From Asterionella formosa (lineage: Eukaryota), in NCBI GenBank assembly GCA_002256025.1, contig NKIB01015260.1, positions 1-36,935 of the forward strand: 36,935 nt of DNA, given 5' to 3'. The translations under genes were made by a program, and so were the position numbers. Below, piece after piece: positions 33,046 to 36,935 of the stretch. Position 1 is the stretch's first letter. Each line of letters opens with the position of its first letter. Below the pieces are notes generated by a model, which was not told the DNA's origin, did no database searches, and was given only the letters and a program-made list of their open reading frames with translations.

Positions 33046-34089
33046 CTATAGTAATATTTGAAATGGTAATTTTTCGTTGGCCGATTGAAGGGGAGTTGGT
33101 CGCAATGAAATCCCTTCTTTTAGAAGAATGGTTTCGGCTTGTTCCAGTACATCGGGGAGATGCTTTTCCAACAACTCCATCATATCATCAGCTATTGGAC
33201 AGGTGGCGTGGATTCCTTCCGGGGTATAGTCTGTAGGTGGTAGCATCAGCTCCAGCAAGTGCAAACAAATTCTCTCCCCTGCCAGCCCTCGTTCCCTTCT
33301 CCATTCTTGATTGACTTTTGACACCCCATGTGACGAGTCGCCCAAAATGGGATGTGACAATCCGTTCAGGTGTCGTCGGATTTGATGCCACCGTCCTGTA
33401 ACTGGTCGTGCTAGTACAAGTGAAGCACGAGGCCGTGTTCCATCACCACCATCTTGACCCGCCACAAATCGAAAGTACGTTGTTGCATTGTTGAGCTTGC
33501 CTCCTTCATCTTTGATTGGCCGATCGACACAAAACCAACCCTGTTCCTTGAAATCAACTCCACGAAGGACTCCTTCACCCCTAACTAGGGCAACGTATGT
33601 TTTACTGGCTTGCATATTCATCGCCCCGATGAGTTGTGAGGTTGAATCGCCATCGTCAGTATATGACATTAGCAAACAGCCACTTGCGCCTCTGTCGAGC
33701 CGATGCACGAGATTTACCTTGCGACCAACGGCTATTCGTACACGTTGTATCATGGGAACTTCTTGGCGAGTTCGTGATCCAGTCCAGTCTGAATGATGAC
33801 AGACTACCGATGGTGGCTTCGCCACAACTAAGTGGTGTGGCGATTGATCAAGAATCGTAACGTTTCCTTCGAGTAATACCTCGCGATCCTTACTATTGCT
33901 ATCGGCGGTTACTTCAGGCGTTGCGCTGAATTGAGAATAATCCAATGGGAGGATTCCTCGGCGAGTACCACACGGGAGCCATCCTTGGGCGGCAAGGGGG
34001 AGAGATAGGATTAGGAGCCATCGATACACTATCTTGTTGCGGTGTTTCATTTTTGGTGTTGAGTGTCGAGAATGTGGCGGCGGCATCAT
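33046..34089 (-). CDS. truC: RluA-family pseudouridine synthase, TruC-like, likely organelle-targeted
   Basis: VVAKPPSVVCHHS, catalytic VHRLDRGASGCLLM, KTYVALVRG, PVTGRWHQIRRHL..LSHPILGDSSHG, RICLH; no S4 domain visible. Alternative start ATG at 34050 gives a signal-like peptide ending AQG-W. Confidence 0.88.
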   Translation of the reverse strand: MMPPPHSRHSTPKMKHRNKIVYRWLLILSLPLAAQGWLPCGTRRGILPLDYSQFSATPEVTADSNSKDREVLLEGNVTILDQSPHHLVVAKPPSVVCHHSDWTGSRTRQEVPMIQRVRIAVGRKVNLVHRLDRGASGCLLMSYTDDGDSTSQLIGAMNMQASKTYVALVRGEGVLRGVDFKEQGWFCVDRPIKDEGGKLNNATTYFRFVAGQDGGDGTRPRASLVLARPVTGRWHQIRRHLNGLSHPILGDSSHGVSKVNQEWRRERGLAGERICLHLLELMLPPTDYTPEGIHATCPIADDMMELLEKHLPDVLEQAETILLKEGISLRPTPLQSANEKLPFQILL

Positions 34090-34783
34090 GAGAATTAATT
34101 ATTGAATGTTCATATTCATGTGTTAGCATACACATACATGTCGCGATACCATTTTGAGCGGGTCGTATCTGATGCTTATTGCTAAGGATAACAGCATGAA
34201 ATACTAAGGATAGGGCCATACCAGTAGAAAGTACTGGGAAGGTCTGGTAGCTGACATTTTTTGCACACCTTTTCAGTTTCAACACACTCCCAATGGGCGG
34301 ACCATTGCATGCCAGCCAGATGAGATAGACTGGCTTCTCATTCCAAACTCTCCTTAGTAACTTTCTTCAATGTTAAATTATCATTCATTTAATCCTAGGC
34401 GTGTTCTGATCATCGAAATTGTGTTCACTTGCTACAACTGGTAATGGTATTCAGCAACTGAATGACAGTTTGCTGATGGAATTCACCAATCAGCAAGTTC
34501 TAGTCGTAGTCAGCAAATTCTAGTTGTTGTCAGCAGATTTATAGTCCCATGTACTCCGTAGTCGCCAAATTGGATCAGCAATCATAAACAAAAACTCATT
34601 TTGAAAATGTCGATGGACTATTAATAGACATTACCAATCAAACAAAATTTGGTTCTACCTACAGATTATCGTAGTGTAGCGTGTGGCGTACTACTGCGAA
34701 AGTTTCAAATTTGTTCATAAGGACTGTATTTTGTATTATTTCAATTACATTTATCTATGATTATTGATCATGATTTCCAAAAC

Positions 34784-34833
34784 TGTTGTTGTTGTTGTTG
34801 TTGTTCTTGTTGTTGTTCTTCTTGTTCTTGTTG
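34784..34833. repeat. (TTG/TTC)n trinucleotide microsatellite
   Basis: tgttgttgttgttgttgttgttcttgttgttgttcttcttgttcttgttg. Confidence 0.9.
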
Positions 34834-34835
34834 GA

Positions 34836-34908
34836 AAATCTTGGCAGCATTCCAGGCTTAAGCTTTCTCATATGAAGAAAGCTTAAGTCTGGAATGCTGC
34901 CAAGATTT
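34836..34908. repeat. Near-perfect 73-nt inverted repeat (33-bp arms)
   Basis: aaatcttggcagcattccaggcttaagctttct-catatga-agaaagcttaagtctggaatgctgccaagattt; one G/T mismatch in the arms. Confidence 0.95.
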
Positions 34909-35189
34909 GCTGAGATATGAAGAAGTTGAAAATCGAAATGCAGCGATTGACCCCTCATTTCGAGTCAGTCGATCGGAATCATGAAAACATTATTAATTTA
35001 GCTAAGAAAACACAAGACTGATTATGATTCTTTTTACAATGACTTTCAATTGCCCATTTTATCAATGAACATTTGAAGCACAAAAGGTTCACAAAAGGTT
35101 GCATGTGGATGAAAAGAGTCATGATAGTTGCTGATGATGGGATGATACACGATCATACAAGGACCATGTACCAGATACCAGGTACCTGG

Positions 35190-35384
35190 TGAAGTATCTA
35201 ACTGGGAGTAGTAGTATTTATTGAATATATGAGCTTATAAATTAATCCTTATGTACAACTCATTTCCTGAAATGTCATCAAAGTATAGAATGGATGTTAG
35301 TCGGGTTCTCTCATTATTGAATTCTGATGTATTTGATATAACCCTAACTCTATATATATCTGTATCGATGTGCAGGATTGCTCA
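35190..35384 (-). repeat. Probable 3' LTR (195 bp) of the Ty3/gypsy element
   Basis: On the minus strand it follows the purine tract GGGAGAG (35391-35385), starts TGAG, contains TTTATAA and AATAAA, and ends TTCA. The 5' LTR lies outside the window, so it cannot be confirmed. Confidence 0.55.
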
Positions 35385-36935
35385 CTCTCCCACACTTGAG
35401 GGAAAACCTTTAACATATGAAAAGGTTTGATACGACGAATATTAATTCGTTCGGTAATGTGCATAGTGCGTTGAAAAGTAACTGTACCATTGGCATGTAC
35501 TTGAATGATAGTATAAGGACCTCGTCCACGATCATCCAAAGTAGTAGGATTATCCAATAATATTAAAATCTCGTCACCCACTTTGTAATCATAAGATCGA
35601 CGACGGAAATTAGCACAACGTAAGCGTTCGTCAATTATCGCTTGTCGACGTTGATGTATTAATTGTAAATCTGTAATCAAAGGAATATTTAATATCATAT
35701 CACGTTGAAAAACCCATGCTCCTGGTGAAATACGTAATATACTATGAATAGTAGCTCGAGCTGCATATGACGCAGCTGCAAAACATGTATCCACAATATT
35801 TTGGGCTTGAAATTCATTGATTGGAGGATGAGCCTTTAACATACTAACTCGTAGACTATTGCTGATAGATTGATGTAAACGTTCACAGATAGCATTTGCT
35901 TGTGGATTCTTTACTGTAGTAGTCACATCTTTGATTCCATTCAATACTAACATGTGTAAGAAAGGAGCACCAGTAAATTCACCTCCATTGTCATGTATAC
36001 AGCGTTCTGGACGGGGATATCTGGCTAACCAGTCATTTTCAAATTTCATTGCAATATATTCTGATGTTTTATTGGTGATACGTGAAATTTCTGCTAAATT
36101 GGTGACTGTGTCAATACAAGTTAGAGCACGAAATTTAATCGTTTGAGCAGACACTGTTATCTTCCATGGACCAATTAGATCTACTGCAACTTCTGACCAT
36201 GGTAATAATAATGCATTCCTGGGTGGAAGTTCACCAAAACCAGTACCAGGTAATTTTGTACGTTGACATGCTTCTCATACTCTTACAATATGTTCCACTC
36301 TTGCTTTTAATGTAGGGTGATAATAATGTGTAGCAATTGTAGCATTTAATCTTGTCATACCCACATGAGCTAACATCTGATGATACCAATTAATAATAGG
36401 ATCCAATAATGATGTAGGAAAAGCAATACGCCAAGTATCTCCTGGATTCTTCACAAAACATATTAAAAATGTATCCTGAAAATTGATAGAAGGAAATTTT
36501 AATGGATGTGTTTGTTGATTGAGAATCAATTGTATATCCAGCAATTGTCTATCATGTATTAAATGATAATCCAGAGGATATTGAATATTGTCTGTCAACG
36601 TGGGATGATTAAGGAAACATGTAAGCAGAGGTTCATCATCTAATTCAATTGAAAAGGTAGAAGTGGAAGTTGATGTTGGAGATTTCGATCCAATATCAAT
36701 ATCATCCTCCACCAAAGACTCAAGCCTCGGGAGGCGAGAGATGGAATCTGCAATAGCATTGTCAATCCCTTTCACATAGTGAAAAGTAGGATGGTATTCT
36801 TCAATCTTAAGTCTCCATCGTAGAACACGTTGAGTATGTAATGTATTATAAATAAGATTTCGATGATCAGTGTGAACATGTAGAACTGCGCCCAATAACA
36901 TAGAGCGAAATTCTTTGAAAGTTTCTACCACAGAA
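35190..36935 (-). mobile_element. pol: Ty3/gypsy LTR retrotransposon 3' part (RNase H end, integrase HHCC finger, DDE core); pol has an in-frame stop; runs off the window edge
   Basis: HTDHRNL..RVLRWRLKIEEY..YVKGIDNAIADSISRLP; YHQMLAHVG...VRV*EACQ; PWSEVAVDLIGPW; CIHDNGGEF; NPQANAICERLH; GRGPYTI..INIRRIKPF. RNase H precedes integrase (gypsy order). TGA at 36277-36275 is in frame with both ORF parts. Confidence 0.93.

Noticed and set aside
36244..36252. TACCAGGTA inside gypsy pol as a footprint
   Set aside because: It lies in an intact frame encoding KLPGTG; coding explains it.
36275..36277. UGA at a Cys position as selenocysteine
   Set aside because: A single TGY-to-TGA mutation in a decaying retroelement is simpler; no SECIS was recognised.

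Overview
Eukaryotic genomic DNA with short GT-AG introns; gene content and transposon families point to a diatom. Host genes: a sterol 3-beta-glucosyltransferase (604-3151, one apparent frameshift); three paralogous secreted heme peroxidases on the minus strand (3689-5822, 7160-9392, 22486-24104), each fused to one or two Ig/FN3-like modules through Pro/Thr linkers; a signal-peptide protein resembling a beta-barrel pore (32156-33034); and a TruC/RluA-type pseudouridine synthase (33046-34089). About 10.4-22.3 kb and 25-31.9 kb are decayed transposon debris: two inverted IS630/Tc1/mariner-like transposase remnants, a duplicated non-autonomous element, an RNase H-bearing LINE 3' end and satellite-like arrays. 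The window ends in a Ty3/gypsy pol with a likely 3' LTR. The strongest non-genic signal is the over-representation of TA-CCGG-TA and TA-CCWGG-TA in intergenic DNA, clustered upstream of genes. One tandem duplication shows both the filled and the empty TA site, which suggests massive transposon excision footprinting. All family assignments come from motif recognition, not database searches.
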